From: Schmidtea polychroa
Lineage: Eukaryota
DNA length: 64,000 nt
NCBI GenBank assembly: GCA_044892525.1
Contig: CM097885.1
Coordinates: 12,526,001-12,590,000 of the forward strand
Reading direction: 5' to 3'
The notes under the pieces were generated by a model, which was given only the letters and a program-made list of their open reading frames with translations, made no database searches and had not been told where the DNA came from. The translations under genes and the position numbers were made by a program. Positions 43,654 through 57,400 of this stretch are shown piece by piece; position 1 is the first letter of the stretch, and each line of letters starts with the position of its first letter.

Positions 43654-44961
43654 ATGGATCTAAAGATGGATTTAACTGGCGACCACGCCGAAAATCAAAA
43701 TATCAACGCCATTTCAAAATCGACAAAATCGCTAATGGAATGCCTACCAAAATCATGCCAAGACATGCTCACATTGAACATCAGACGATATGATGGACGA
43801 GGTTTAAAAGAAGCCGAAGAATGGATCAGGGATATAGAAGAATGGTTGCTGACAAATGGACAGCGATTGACAAGCACTTTCGATGTGTTATTAGTGGCAG
43901 AAGCAAAGACATTGTGGGGAAACGTCAGAGAAACAGAAACAACAGATGTAAAAGCCAAAGCGTGGTTCTTAAATACGTTCACAATTACAAAATCAATAAC
44001 TGACAAAATCAAAGAATTGGCAGCTATGGAACAGGAAGATGATGAAAGGTTTGCAGCTTTTGAAATACGGCTAAGAAAAGCTTTAGCTGAAGTTATAAAT
44101 TCAGGACGATCAGAAGAAGATATTGTTCAAGATCTCATCGCAAATAAAGCACGCGATGCGAGACTGAGAGAGATACTATTGACGAAACCAGAAACAAAAA
44201 TTGAAGAAACGAGATCATTGGCGAAAATTTTTGAAAGTAACAAAAATGGAAACCATAAAACAGAATTTATTAAAGCAATCGGTCAAAGAACATACGCTAG
44301 CGTGACTGAGGGAGGGAAGATGAGAATTCAAAAGAATACCCAAGATCCCATGCATACATCATCACAAAGAAGACTACCAGAGGACCAATTTAGTCACCAC
44401 AGATCAAGAAGAGACGAACATCCTATACGCGGACCAATACAATACGAAGGAAATAACCATGGTCGTCGAGAACAATCTCCAAGACAACAATTCTTGAGAA
44501 ATGCGAGAATCCGGAATAGCTCAGAAAGGAAGCTGCCAACAATATCCATGAAGAATATTGCAAGGAGGCTGTACAATGAAAGTAGGGGACTACCACAAGC
44601 ATCGGTCCCAAAATTAACGGTAGGTGATTGTTTTTGCTGTGGCGAAAGGGGACATAGAAGGTATGAGTGTCCACTGGGAAATAAATGTCTGATATGTGGC
44701 AAGGAAGGACACGGGTTCCGAGATTGTTTTTCGTTACGAAAAGATGTTCCACAACGATATCAAAGAATAGCGTGCATAGAAGAAGAAGATTCAAAATCTG
44801 AAACAAGAGATTACACCGAGAACAGCCAGGATTTCAGAATGGATCACAGCAATATGGAAGATAGATACAATGTCCCTGAGAAATATACTATATTAAGAGA
44901 AGACGGAAAAAACATCAGCGACTCCATGGGTTTCATTTCGTCGGTGGAGTCAAGACAATAA
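43654..44961 (+). CDS. gag: Gag with two CCHC zinc knuckles
   Basis: CFCCGERGHRRYEC and CLICGKEGHGFRDC; capsid-like N-terminus (YDGRG..AEEWIRDIE). Confidence 0.92.
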   Translation: MDLKMDLTGDHAENQNINAISKSTKSLMECLPKSCQDMLTLNIRRYDGRGLKEAEEWIRDIEEWLLTNGQRLTSTFDVLLVAEAKTLWGNVRETETTDVKAKAWFLNTFTITKSITDKIKELAAMEQEDDERFAAFEIRLRKALAEVINSGRSEEDIVQDLIANKARDARLREILLTKPETKIEETRSLAKIFESNKNGNHKTEFIKAIGQRTYASVTEGGKMRIQKNTQDPMHTSSQRRLPEDQFSHHRSRRDEHPIRGPIQYEGNNHGRREQSPRQQFLRNARIRNSSERKLPTISMKNIARRLYNESRGLPQASVPKLTVGDCFCCGERGHRRYECPLGNKCLICGKEGHGFRDCFSLRKDVPQRYQRIACIEEEDSKSETRDYTENSQDFRMDHSNMEDRYNVPEKYTILREDGKNISDSMGFISSVESRQ

Positions 44962-45008
44962 ATTGTGAAATAGGAAATGAACAACGAAGAGACGAGGCAG
45001 AAGAAGAG

Positions 45009-48000
45009 ATGTACCAGACGAAAGATGGAAGAAATTGGAGTAAAATAATGTTGAATAATGCCGAAACAGAGATGTTATGGGATTCTGGAGCATCAGTAAC
45101 AGTTATGAGCAAGAATTTGTGGGAGAAAATAGGCAAACCAGAACTTAAACGTTGTATGATATTATTCTGCGGAGTTTTTTCAACTGGAGGTGAAGAAGCA
45201 ATGGGATACATGACTATACCGGCCACGTGGAATCAGAAGACCAAAATGATCACAGTAGTAGTGGTAAAAGAGATCAAACCCGAATTCATAGGGGGAATTG
45301 ATACAATGAAAGAGTTTGGAGTAAAGTTAATGAAAATCAATAATATAGAAACGTCATTGATAAACAAAATTTACACTGATGAAGAAAGAATAAATAAAGC
45401 ACTAGTGGCGATGGCAGGTGAGAATAATAAAGATATTGAAGGAATGATCAGGGAATTCGGCGGAATTTTTATGGCATCGAAATTCGATCTGGGATTTACA
45501 AACTTAGTTCGACATGAGATGCGGATAACAGGAGGCCCAATAATGCAACATCCTCGACGTCAACCAATGCACATGGAGAAAAAGATTGAAGAACTGATAA
45601 AAGAGTTAATGAAAGCAAATGTTATTCGGTGTTGCAAGAGTCCTTGGAATGCCCCGTTAGTGATAGTAGGGAAGAAAGATGGATCTATCAGGATGTGTGT
45701 AGATTATCGTGGATTAAATTCCATAACAGAAAAAGAGTCATTTCCGATGCCTAACACCAAATTCTTACTAGACTGTCTCGCGAATGCAAAAATATTTTCG
45801 TCAATCGATTTAGGTCAGGCGTATTATCAAGTGGAGTTAGCTCCAGAAATTCAAGAGATGACTGCATTCAGTACAAGAGAAGGACAATTTTGCTTCAATA
45901 GACTACCATTTGGCTTAGCAACAGCTCCTGCGACATTCCAGAGACTGATGCACACAGTGCTAGAAGGAATGCTATTCAAGGGAGTAGTAGTTTATCTAGA
46001 TGATATCTTGGTATATGGTAAAAGTCAAAAAGACCACGATGAGCTATTAAGGGAAATATTCAGAAGAATTCAAGTGGCAGGACTGAAGATAAATCCAGAA
46101 AAATGCAAATTCAATAAAACAGAATTGTGTTTCCTTGGTCACACAATTAACGAGAAGGGTATCCAGACAAACAGGAAGAAAGTGGAAGAGATCGAGAAAG
46201 CAGAAGTACCAAAATGTTCAAAACAATTGAGATCGTTTCTCGGATTAACGAACTACTATAGAAGATTCATCAAAGACTATGCCAAAATCGCCGAACCATT
46301 ATACGCTGCAACATCTGGATGCGATAAAGATATAAATTGGACTAAAGAATGCAATGAGAGCTTCCAAACTCTGAAGAGACGGTTGTGCGAAGCACCTATC
46401 CTTGATTTTCCAAGAGAAGATAGGACTTTTATCTTAGACACAGACGCTAGTTTTGGAATCATTGGTGCAGTTTTGAGTCAAATTACAGAAGATGGAGAAG
46501 AATCTGTCATAGCTTATGGCTCGAGACATATGTCATCACATGAAAAGGGATACTGTGTAACCAGGAAAGAACTGCTCGCCGTACATGAATACGTCATGCA
46601 TTTTAGAGAATATCTGTACGGAAAAAAATTCATAATTCGCACCGACCACAAGGCATTGGTTTTCATGAACACTACAAAAACGCCAATCAGTCCGCAGTTC
46701 CAAACATGGTTAGCTAACCTATCGGAATATGATTTTGAACTAAAATATCGGAAAGGAGAAGAACACTCGAATGCAGATGGACTATCAAGATTAAAAAGTA
46801 TGATTTGCACCCAGTGTCAAACAAGACATGAAGAAGCTAAGCAAGGAAAATCAAAGATTAGATATATATATACTATCCAAAGAACAGAAGCTATGGAAAA
46901 AGTATGGGAACAACAACAAAAGGACATTCGGTTTCAAGAGCTGCGAGAGATATTGGAAAATGGATGTACACGGGAGAAAAAGAATTGTTTTCCTTTTAAC
47001 GTAAAAAATACACGAATTGATGGAGGATTAATAACAGTAGAAAAGAACAAAAATATCTTAATGTTAGTCCCAGAAACATTTGCAGGCCTGTTAACAACAA
47101 CACTACATGAAGAACTATGTCACATTGGAGTTAAGAAATTATTTCATTATATGGAAAAGATATTTTATTGGCCGAAAATGCAAGAAACAATCCAACTCTG
47201 TTTACGATGTTGCGAGATCTGCGCTAAGAGAAAGATCGATCAGACAAGAACCAAGGAAACATTTATTCCTAGATATAGCTCTGAATTCCTAGAACAGATT
47301 GTTTTAGATGTGGCTTACATGGAAATAAACGCCATGAAAAAATATATGGTAGTAATGGTGGACCGTTTTAGCAAACTGATTTCTTTAACTGCAATCACAA
47401 AGCAAGACGAAGGGACCATTTTCAAAACAATACTTAATAGTTGGATCTATCGATTTGGAAAACCGAAGAGCATTTTAACAGATAGAGGCCGAAATTTCGA
47501 AGGGAATTTCCTAAGACAGAAGCTACAGAAACTTGGAATCAAACAGGAATTCAGCTCACCTTATCAGCACCAATCAAATGGTTTAGCCGAAAGAGCCATA
47601 CGAACGATAAGAGATCTTATTACAGCAACATTGGCAGGCGGATGTGAAGAGAGAAACTGGCACGAACTTCTACCCAGAATAGAGTTCACTATAAATAGCA
47701 GTCGACAAAGTGCTACAGGTTTATCACCATTTGAGATAATCTATGGACGGAGTGTTAACCTACACTCTAACCTGAAACAAGCCGAGATATCAAGAAGCGA
47801 AAGAATCGAAGACGCGAGATTTAATTCGAGTAAAGCCGCAGACACTATGAGAGCCATGGATAAGACAAAGAGGGGCACTCGTGTTTTCGAGGTGGGGGAG
47901 GAGGTACTCGTACGTAAAGAGCCGCAGAACAGGCACAAGGATGATATGCAATACGATGGCCCATATAAAATCGCCAGATTTCTATCACCTCATCGAGTCG

Positions 48001-48068
48001 AACTACATTCACAAGAAGGAACGAAAGAAAGAAGAATCGAGTGGCTGAAGAAGTGGAAAAATTCTTAA
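45009..48068 (+). CDS. pol: Pol (protease-RT-RNase H-integrase), probably expressed by -1 frameshift from gag
   Basis: LWDSGAS protease; LPFGL and YLDD RT; DTDAS RNase H; HEELCH..C..C and D..D..E integrase; GPY motif; Gypsy domain order. Confidence 0.96.
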   Translation: MYQTKDGRNWSKIMLNNAETEMLWDSGASVTVMSKNLWEKIGKPELKRCMILFCGVFSTGGEEAMGYMTIPATWNQKTKMITVVVVKEIKPEFIGGIDTMKEFGVKLMKINNIETSLINKIYTDEERINKALVAMAGENNKDIEGMIREFGGIFMASKFDLGFTNLVRHEMRITGGPIMQHPRRQPMHMEKKIEELIKELMKANVIRCCKSPWNAPLVIVGKKDGSIRMCVDYRGLNSITEKESFPMPNTKFLLDCLANAKIFSSIDLGQAYYQVELAPEIQEMTAFSTREGQFCFNRLPFGLATAPATFQRLMHTVLEGMLFKGVVVYLDDILVYGKSQKDHDELLREIFRRIQVAGLKINPEKCKFNKTELCFLGHTINEKGIQTNRKKVEEIEKAEVPKCSKQLRSFLGLTNYYRRFIKDYAKIAEPLYAATSGCDKDINWTKECNESFQTLKRRLCEAPILDFPREDRTFILDTDASFGIIGAVLSQITEDGEESVIAYGSRHMSSHEKGYCVTRKELLAVHEYVMHFREYLYGKKFIIRTDHKALVFMNTTKTPISPQFQTWLANLSEYDFELKYRKGEEHSNADGLSRLKSMICTQCQTRHEEAKQGKSKIRYIYTIQRTEAMEKVWEQQQKDIRFQELREILENGCTREKKNCFPFNVKNTRIDGGLITVEKNKNILMLVPETFAGLLTTTLHEELCHIGVKKLFHYMEKIFYWPKMQETIQLCLRCCEICAKRKIDQTRTKETFIPRYSSEFLEQIVLDVAYMEINAMKKYMVVMVDRFSKLISLTAITKQDEGTIFKTILNSWIYRFGKPKSILTDRGRNFEGNFLRQKLQKLGIKQEFSSPYQHQSNGLAERAIRTIRDLITATLAGGCEERNWHELLPRIEFTINSSRQSATGLSPFEIIYGRSVNLHSNLKQAEISRSERIEDARFNSSKAADTMRAMDKTKRGTRVFEVGEEVLVRKEPQNRHKDDMQYDGPYKIARFLSPHRVELHSQEGTKERRIEWLKKWKNS

Positions 48069-48717
48069 GAAGGGGAGAGTTAGATATCTGTTTGTTTAAA
48101 TAATTTGGAATTGGCGGTTTTGCGAATTAATTAAAACTTGTTATTTAGAAATTCTTTGATTAAATATATATTGTTAGTTTCGAGATTTTTGCTGCAAATT
48201 TAAAGATGGATCTAAAGATGGATTTAACTGTTTTAATTTTAGTATTTAATTTCTATTTTTGGTAATTTTAAAGTACTATTTTTATTTTACTTCATATTTT
48301 CGTAATTAATTATTATTATTTAATTTCGAACCTTCAATTTCGGTTCCTACTGAACCACAACAATAGGAAAAGCCATGCACTATTTCAACTCTCTAAAATC
48401 CTGAGAGTACAGGAGACACATATGTTTATTAACTTAATAGTGGCCAACATTGAAATGATATAAAATGTTTAATATACCAGTTTTTGTTGAACATTAAGTT
48501 TTCTCAAGAGTGTCTTGTATATATTTTAAGGTTTCGTTTATCGTTCTAGTCACAATAAAAATTATAAATTATATATTAGAAATTTATAAATTCTTTTAAT
48601 TTATTTTTAAATAATTCATAAAGCGTAAAATAATAGAACAATTAACTAATAAATCAACTATGACTATGTTTTGTTTATGTTAATCAATTATTAAAGTGCG
48701 CTGCATGAATTATAAAA

Positions 48718-49628
48718 ATGATAATGCATAATTTTAAACGTTTTCTTTTTACATCTAGATTGAAAGTACTAAAAATATTTAAAAATAGTATTTGTAAAAA
48801 TTTTAATTATCCAGATTCTTCAAGCTAAATTTAGTAGCAATGTTGATACTCCACAATTTCCAGGTTCGCGGTCAGAATATACTACACAGTTAAAATTTCT
48901 ATTTCCCACTGACATTGAAGGAATTTCAGTTTACCGAGTTTTAAACAGAGAAGGTCGAATAATGGGTCAAGATAATGATCCACATGTTGGTGTAACAATT
49001 CATTTCTTAAATCTTTACTTAAATGAATTTTAAATAATTTTTTTTATAAACTTAAAATTAACTTAACTTAATCTATGGATTAACATATATAATGTTTTTC
49101 CGCTTAACAATTATTTCGAAATGCAATTAAATATTATGAATATAAAAATTGAAAACATAATTTTAAGTTCAGATTCCAAGAGAAACTTTAGTTGAAATGT
49201 TTAAAAAAATGACGCTTCTTAACATTTTTGACCGCATAATGTATGATTCTCAGCGTCAAGGAAGAATTTCTTTTTATATGACTAATTTCGGCGAAGAAGG
49301 AGCTCAGTTAGGTTCAGCAGTGGCATTGGATAAAAGTTATAGTTATGTATTCATTATCAATCGAATTAACAAATTTATATAGATGATCTTATTTTTGGTC
49401 AATATAGAGAAGCAGGAGTTTTTTTATGGCGTGGATATACAATAGAGGGCATGTTGAGCCAATGCTATGGTAATATAAACGATTTTGGTAAGGGTAGGCA
49501 GATGCCAGTTCACTATACAAATAAAGATGCAAATATATTCAGTATTAGTTCACCATTAGGAACTCAATTATTACACGGTAAATGAAACAGTTTTTTATTC
49601 AATGAAATAATTAATAGTATTAATTAAA

Positions 49629-49719
<91 letters not shown>

Positions 49720-49746
49720 TTAATAATAATAATAAAAATAATAATA

Positions 49747-49802
<56 letters not shown>

Positions 49803-49893
49803 TAATAATAAATAATAATAATAATTATAATAATTATAATAATTATAAATAAATATTAAATAAATAAATAATGATAATAATAATAATAATAAT

Positions 49894-49933
<40 letters not shown>

Positions 49934-50535
49934 TTATAATAATAATTTCTTTAAAGAAGAAAACAATGGAATCATGAATTTTATCTGTTGTCATTGACCT
50001 TGAGAATAACTGACAATATATAAAAAATATAATAAATTTAAAAAAAGTTATAATTAAGATAATATTGAAAATTTTAGGAAATATACTTTCAAAAGATAGG
50101 AATAAAAATCAAAATTGACACATTTATTGAAATAATTAAATAGCGTATATAAATGGTTATTGGAAGCTTTATTTTAAAATATTTTGAAATATTTTATTAG
50201 GCTTCTAGAAGCTGATTATAGACGCTTTATAAAATTAAAAAATATTTTAGTTTGTGTCATTTCAAATTTAAAATGATATTTATTTTATTTTAAATTTAAT
50301 TTTAATTTTGAATAAAATTTATAAAAAATTCAGAAAAAGAAAGTATATCATTATATAATATTATGTTTATAACCAATAGGAATCAAGAAAAAGGAAATAA
50401 AAGAAAGATAGAAATTTATTTTCGGAAAGAAGATTGCTAAATTCCAGGAGATTGACAAGGACTATCTTATAATCGAAAATTTTTTCATTTAATACATTAT
50501 TTGCAGCAAAAGGCTTAAATTATCATTTTATTGTT

Positions 50536-50569
<34 letters not shown>

Positions 50570-50624
50570 TAATAATAATAATAATAAATAATAATAAATA
50601 ATAATAATAAATAATAATTATAAA

Positions 50625-50665
<41 letters not shown>

Positions 50666-50730
50666 AAATAATAATTATAAAAATAATAATAATAATAATA
50701 ATAAATAATAATAAAAATAATAATTATAAA

Positions 50731-50774
<44 letters not shown>

Positions 50775-50815
50775 AAATAATAATTATAAAAATAATAATA
50801 ATAATAATAATAATA

Positions 50816-50856
<41 letters not shown>

Positions 50857-51129
50857 TAATAATTATAAAAATATTAATAATAATAATAATAATAATAATG
50901 AAAATAATATTTATAAAAATAATAATAATAATAATAATAATATAATTATAATAAATAATAATAATAATAATAAAAATAATAATAAATATTAATAATAAAT
51001 AATAATAATAAAAAAAATAATAATTATAAAAATAATAATAATAATAATGAAAATAATAATTATAAAAATAATAATAATAATAATATAATTAGAATAAATA
51101 ATAATAATAATAATAATATAATTATAATA

Positions 51130-51173
<44 letters not shown>

Positions 51174-51249
51174 TAATAATAATAATAATAAAAATAATAA
51201 TAAAAATAATAATTATAAAAATAATAATAATAATAATATAATTATAATA

Positions 51250-51293
<44 letters not shown>

Positions 51294-51323
51294 TAATAAT
51301 AAAAATAATAATTATAAAAATAA

Positions 51324-51354
<31 letters not shown>

Positions 51355-51405
51355 AATAATATAATTAGAATAAATAATAATAATAATAATAATATAATTA
51401 TAATA

Positions 51406-51488
<83 letters not shown>

Positions 51489-54400
51489 TAATAATATAAT
51501 ATTAACAGCAATAATAAATGGTTAGGATAAAATGGTATAATGTACAAAATGTTATAGATAAGTCTATTTAAATAGAGTAATATGTTTATTTTTTAAATCT
51601 AGTTAGTTAATTATTGCCCTAACACACTTAGTATTAATTTTGGATTAATGATAAGAGAAGTAAGTTGCCTTTATTTAACATAAGTTCTTTCCGTCTTTCG
51701 AGTAATAATACTAAAAAATAATAAAAAAAAATCTAGATTAGTCAAATAAAAATATATAAACTATAATGAATAAATAAGTTATATTTTCAAAATCGATTCT
51801 ACAATTTTCATAATCAATTCAACTATTTTCATAATTAATATATTTTTACAATATAATCAGTAAAGAATAAAGAAAAATAAATGAAATAATAATTTTTATT
51901 CAAAGACATGATTGACTAAGGCCAGTGAAATATTTCAAAATAGTTGGCTAAATCTTCAGAAGTTAAAGTTTCATCAACCCAACAATACTCTGAGTATTGT
52001 TATACTGGTTATGGGGAAGTCTGCCTTTAACATAAAACTTGATTTTGGAATTGAGCATAAAGTAAAATGATAAGAAATTTAACGAGTATCTTTCTGAATT
52101 CACAACAAGCTTCTTACATCAACAGTTTTATGTATTGTGGCGTTATCCAAAATAACGCAAGATTCATGCAAAGCTTGATCATTATCAATGCAAATTAATA
52201 ATTCTCTGATGAAATCAGAAAATATTACGGAATTGGAAGTAGAATCACTAATTACCTTAGAATGGATTACTTCTGCCATTACTACCCACTATCATAGTGA
52301 TATTTTCCCCCTTATCACTGGAACTGTAGATATATGTCTCGTTCTTTTTTTGATCTTCCAAATGATCTTAGATGAAGATTAAAGCCTGATTCGTCAATAA
52401 ATATTTGTTTTAATGTTTCTGCTGGCGCATTCAATGTATAATTAGTGGAAAAAACTCTTCGCTTTTCTAAGGTTTCGATAGAGTTTACTGTTGTACTGTT
52501 GATGCAACAACTCTTATTCCAAATGTCTCAGAGAATTTTATTTGGATATTTGTCAGTGTTATTGTTGTACATTGAGATATCAGACTTTCAATGTACAAAT
52601 CTTGATCATTGATTTGGTTAGCAGGCCCTTTTTTTCCTTGTAGCTCGATTCTGGTTTTTTGTGCATTGCAATAATGCATCTAGCCCAGGGGTCTCAAACA
52701 CGCGACCCTTAACAACAACCAACATTTAACAAAAATGTAAATTTTAAATTCTATAAAAAATTTGAATAAATTCTATAAAAAAATCTATTAAAAAATTTTG
52801 ATTCAGCCCTCGAATTGGTGTTCTTGTCCTAAATTGGCCCTCGTAGTGAGTTGAGTTTGAGACCACTGATCTAGACGATCCTTTTTTTTATTCGTAGTTG
52901 AGCAGCAGCAGCCACAATTGTTAATCCGTCCTCAATGACTAGGCTAATTAAATTATCTTTCTTTTCTTTAGAGATTTTTCCATAACCTTGCCCGAGGCTT
53001 GTAGATGTACTTGAAATAATTGAGTCGTTATTATTCATAAGGATTAAATTATATTTTATAATTATAATAGTTGAATCGATTATGAAAATAGTCGAATCGA
53101 TTATGAATATAGTTGAATTGATTATGAAAATAGTTGAATTTATTTGCGTGATTTTAGAAAATAAATTTATGTAATAAAATTATAGATATTTTGTACAAAA
53201 TTTTATTACAAAAAATATAAACATTTGAAACAAGTATTAATTATATTTTTTTACAACCATTCTTTGGAAATGGTTCAAAACACAAAACGCACAACGGTAC
53301 AATACACTGTTTTTATATATATATATATATATATTTCGACAAAGTATTGACTTATCAAAGTTGATGTTTATATGGGCGGTATTACTGTGCTCATTAATAT
53401 TGGTCAATGCCTTCGGTCTACAATGTTCTCGAGCTCGAATACAGAGATGACGGGAAGTCTCTCCAATGTATGTGGCATTACACCCATTACATGTAAACTG
53501 ATAAACGAAATCGGCACACAATTCGACCGGAGTTTTAGACTTATTAATAAACATATTGCGTACTTTCCATGAAGTTGACACTATCCTATAGTTTAAATTC
53601 CCTAACTGCTTTCTTATCTTCTCTTTATAATCCTTAAAATCTTCTGAGTATGGCAATACTAACACAAATCATCCTTGCTCACACTATTTAATTTATTTAA
53701 CTCATCAGACTCACACGCCTCAACAACATCACACCCAGATTTTCTCAAACGTGGATCCTATACAATATTTGAATTTATCATCATATGGGATTTAGTGTTT
53801 TCCGCATTGAGGCGGAGTTGGGAATTAGACGGTTAATCAAATAAAGCATACAGTTATTCATAAGAGTTAATAACATTAATTATTATAATGGTCAGGTTTA
53901 ACAAATTTCCAATTACAATTAATAAAACTGATAAATTCTACGTTAGAAATTAATATTAAAAATTTTTTTAAAGCTGCTGGTGCTGCTTATGCTTTTAAAA
54001 GAAACCAGAACGGATTTTGTACTGTATGTTATTTTGGGGATGGGGCTGCATCAGAGGGTGATGCTCACGCAGCAATGAATTTCTCCTCTACTCTTGACTG
54101 TCCAATGATATTTTTCTGTAGAAATAATGGCTATGCCATTTCAACGCCAACATCTGAACAATATAGAGGGGACGGAATTGGTACACGTTCTATAATGCAA
54201 TTCCTATTTGTTAAAATTTTTTGTAGCCTCTCGAGCTTCTGGATATGGAATGGCTTGCATTCGAGTTGATGGAAATGACATATTTGCAGTTTACAATGCA
54301 ACTAAAGCTGCTCGAAGTCTTTGTGTTAATGAAAATCGGCCAGTTTTAATTGAAGCTATGACTTACAGGCAAACTTTTCATTATTGTAATATAGCTTTCA

Positions 54401-57400
54401 AAAATCAGTATTTTACGTAAACCATTATAGGACATTCTAAGTTTCAGCTTGTTCTAACATTTCAAAGACTTAATTAAAATTAAAACCAATTATAAATAAG
54501 CTATTCAGTAGGATTATTAAATTTAAATATATATTAAAATTTAGATTTTATTTTCAAATGTTTGCCCAAATAAAAATAAAATTTATTATTTATTAAACCG
54601 TATGACTGTTATAAATTTACCGGCAATCACGATCTATTTGTACAAATTCTACCTTTATCATTTTTGGAGAAAGGTCCTGTTAAAATTATACTTGACAAAT
54701 CCCTAAGCTTGTTACTAGATTACTGCAATATAATTTTGTCTGTCCATATTGATGTATTTTAAACGGATACTGATAAACTAATTTACTTGACAATGTCTAT
54801 GACTAATTTTGGAAAAATTAAATAATATTAATTAATAAAATAATTATCAAACAATAATATTATAATATTTTAAAAATTTAATTTGACAATGATTAATTTT
54901 GAAATCGATTAATATATTGAATGCATTAGAAAATTAATTGAATCATTTTTAGTTTATTTGAAATAAATCCTATATAATTGGATTAAATTATCCTGATTTT
55001 ACTGTAATATGACTGGAGCTTCAAATTATAGCAATCTAAGGATTTTTATGATTTGTTTGCAGAGAAAGTTTTTTATTTTTAAAATAATTTAATCTTTTTT
55101 CTGATAAGGCGTGACATATGAAACTTGCTTTGCTTACATTTCCTAATGTCTTAAAAGTTTGGTAAAAATAATTACTTGAAACCAGTCACCTTTTTTGTAC
55201 GTATTTGTTAATATTTGAATAAGTTTAAAAATATTTGTATGCTTTATTATAATTTGAAAATTTTTGCACATTTTAAAAGAAGAAATTTCGGATGATTATC
55301 GATTTTCAATTTTTTTCGATTTTATTTTTTTGCTACTCCAGTGCTTCCAACAATGATGATCAATGGGTCGAGGACAACTGGGTAAAAATATATTTAAGGT
55401 GAATACTAAACTTTTCTACCGGTACGCAAAACTGAAAATTTTGGGAGCCATGATGATATGTAAAGATTTTAGCAATGAAACTTTTATTCATATTTTTCAA
55501 AAGTTCTTTAGTTTATTGATCACAGAATACATTTATCTACAAAATCATCTATAAAATTTTAGTTATTGATTTTAAATTTTTTGATTTTAACATGAAATAA
55601 TCAATTTTTTTCAAACTATTTTTAACTTAACATTGATACCACATAAATTTACATGAAATAAGACCATTAATAATAAATCATAAGACTAATATAATAAAAT
55701 TCTATGTGTGTCATTCTCAAAATTGTTTTCATGGAATAATAACATATATATATTAAAAAATTCAATAAACTTATATTATGGAAACACAAACATTAGCGGT
55801 GTGCTAAATTTGAATGTTTAAATTTGAATAATAATATTTGATATGGAAATTCATAAAGTGGTAGAAAAAATATTTTACATACAAACACAATATATAATAA
55901 AAATTGCACGAAACTTGATAGGCAAATATATTGCTTAAAATAATAACATTTTTAATTTTTGAAGAAACAATGACAGACAAAAATTTTAAATTTAATCCCA
56001 ACTCTCTTGAAATCAATCTTAGTATAAAGTTTTCGAAAAAAATAAAGAAAAATGAAATAATTTAAAAAATCAATATAAAAACGTAAAAACACTTTCGTAA
56101 ATATTCACCTTATTTTGTTGGTGAATATAAAAATATAAAATTTAAGTTAACACGTTCACTACCAGCAGGTTTGAGCCATATGGTTTTCTTTAACAGATGA
56201 TTGGGACAATGATATAGGTATAGTAATTGTATAATTTCATATCGAGTTTTATAGCAATTGCATTGGTATTAAATAGTTAACTTTTGAAAGCTCCGACTCA
56301 CACTTGTGACTTGCGGTTTCAGGTTCTGACTTGTTGTTTATAGGTTATGTTAATTTTTACAACCAGTGCGTAAATGTAACATTATTTTACTTCTCATATG
56401 ATATACCTAAAAATAAATAAAAGGTATGTATTGTATTTGACTGAAAGAGAATTGGAAGACGAAACATGATTTAAGTGAAAATTGATGAAAATAACTTATT
56501 TTATTTGATGAAACACTTCAACAAAGTAGTATACTGAACAAATTAAGAGAAGATCAAATATGCGCCATTGGAAAGATGTTGATAAAATCGAATTAAAAAA
56601 TTTCTTAGCTTGTTGGTAATGTATAGGGTTTTGTACAGCATTAAATGTTTTTGGTCAAAATAAGAAATTTACTATCATCCACTATTCATAAAAAACGATG
56701 AGACGAAATTAATTCGAAATGGTACTTCAATGTATGTGTTTCTAAAATGAAAATAATGACCTATCAAACCGTATGCATAAAATTAGTAACATTACAGAAC
56801 ATATTCTTGAAAATATGAGAAAAGTGTATTACCCTGGACGTAACTCATCAATTGATGAAGCAATGTTGTCGTGGCGTGGAAGGTTAATATTTAGGCAGTA
56901 ATTTCCAATGTAGTATAAAGATTTATGAACTATGTACACCGGACGGCTATTTTTTATATATTATTATTCATTCTGGGAAAGAAACAACTCAGTAAGGATT
57001 ACGAAGATATGCATCAAGTGTTGTTCATGAAATTATACAACCGTGCCTGAAAAAAGGATACACCATTTACGTGGATAATTATTATTCAAGTGTAGAACTT
57101 GCAGAAGATATGCTACGAAATAGAATAGACTTAGTTGACACTATTCGAAACAACAGAAAAGGCAACCCAATAGAAGAAATTGGAGAAAAAAATTAATTAT
57201 GGAAAATATATATGGAAAAGACGAAAAATATTGTTGTAGGAAAATGGAGAGATAAGAGATATATTGGTCATTTTTACCCGCCATAAATTTGAACTTGCTC
57301 GTGTAGAAAATAGAAATGATAATGATAAAATGAAACCAAATATTGTCGCTGACTACAACCAATTCATGTCGGATATAGATAAGGTGGACCAGATGGTTTC

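Larger units (their letters stand above)
43526..48229 (+). mobile_element. Intact compact Ty3/Gypsy LTR retrotransposon (4704 bp)
   Basis: Identical 152-bp LTRs 43526-43677 and 48078-48229 (AGTTA...TAACT); 5-bp TSD GTTTT; PBS TGGCGACCACG (tRNA-Arg-like, inferred); PPT AAGAAGGGGAG 48067-48077; gag and pol ORFs uninterrupted. Confidence 0.97.
42671..48362 (-). mobile_element. Solo LTR (family copy B, ~1 kb: 42671-43525 + 48230-48362) split by the Gypsy insertion; strand is relative to copies A/C
   Basis: Termini TGTTAGGTTCG...ACTGAACCACAACA; 4-bp TSD ATAG (42667-42670 / 48363-48366). Confidence 0.85.

Noticed and set aside
54625..54665. Very degenerate hammerhead-like strings on the minus strand (also 32615-32640)
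   Set aside because: Core nucleotides are missing; indistinguishable from chance without family data
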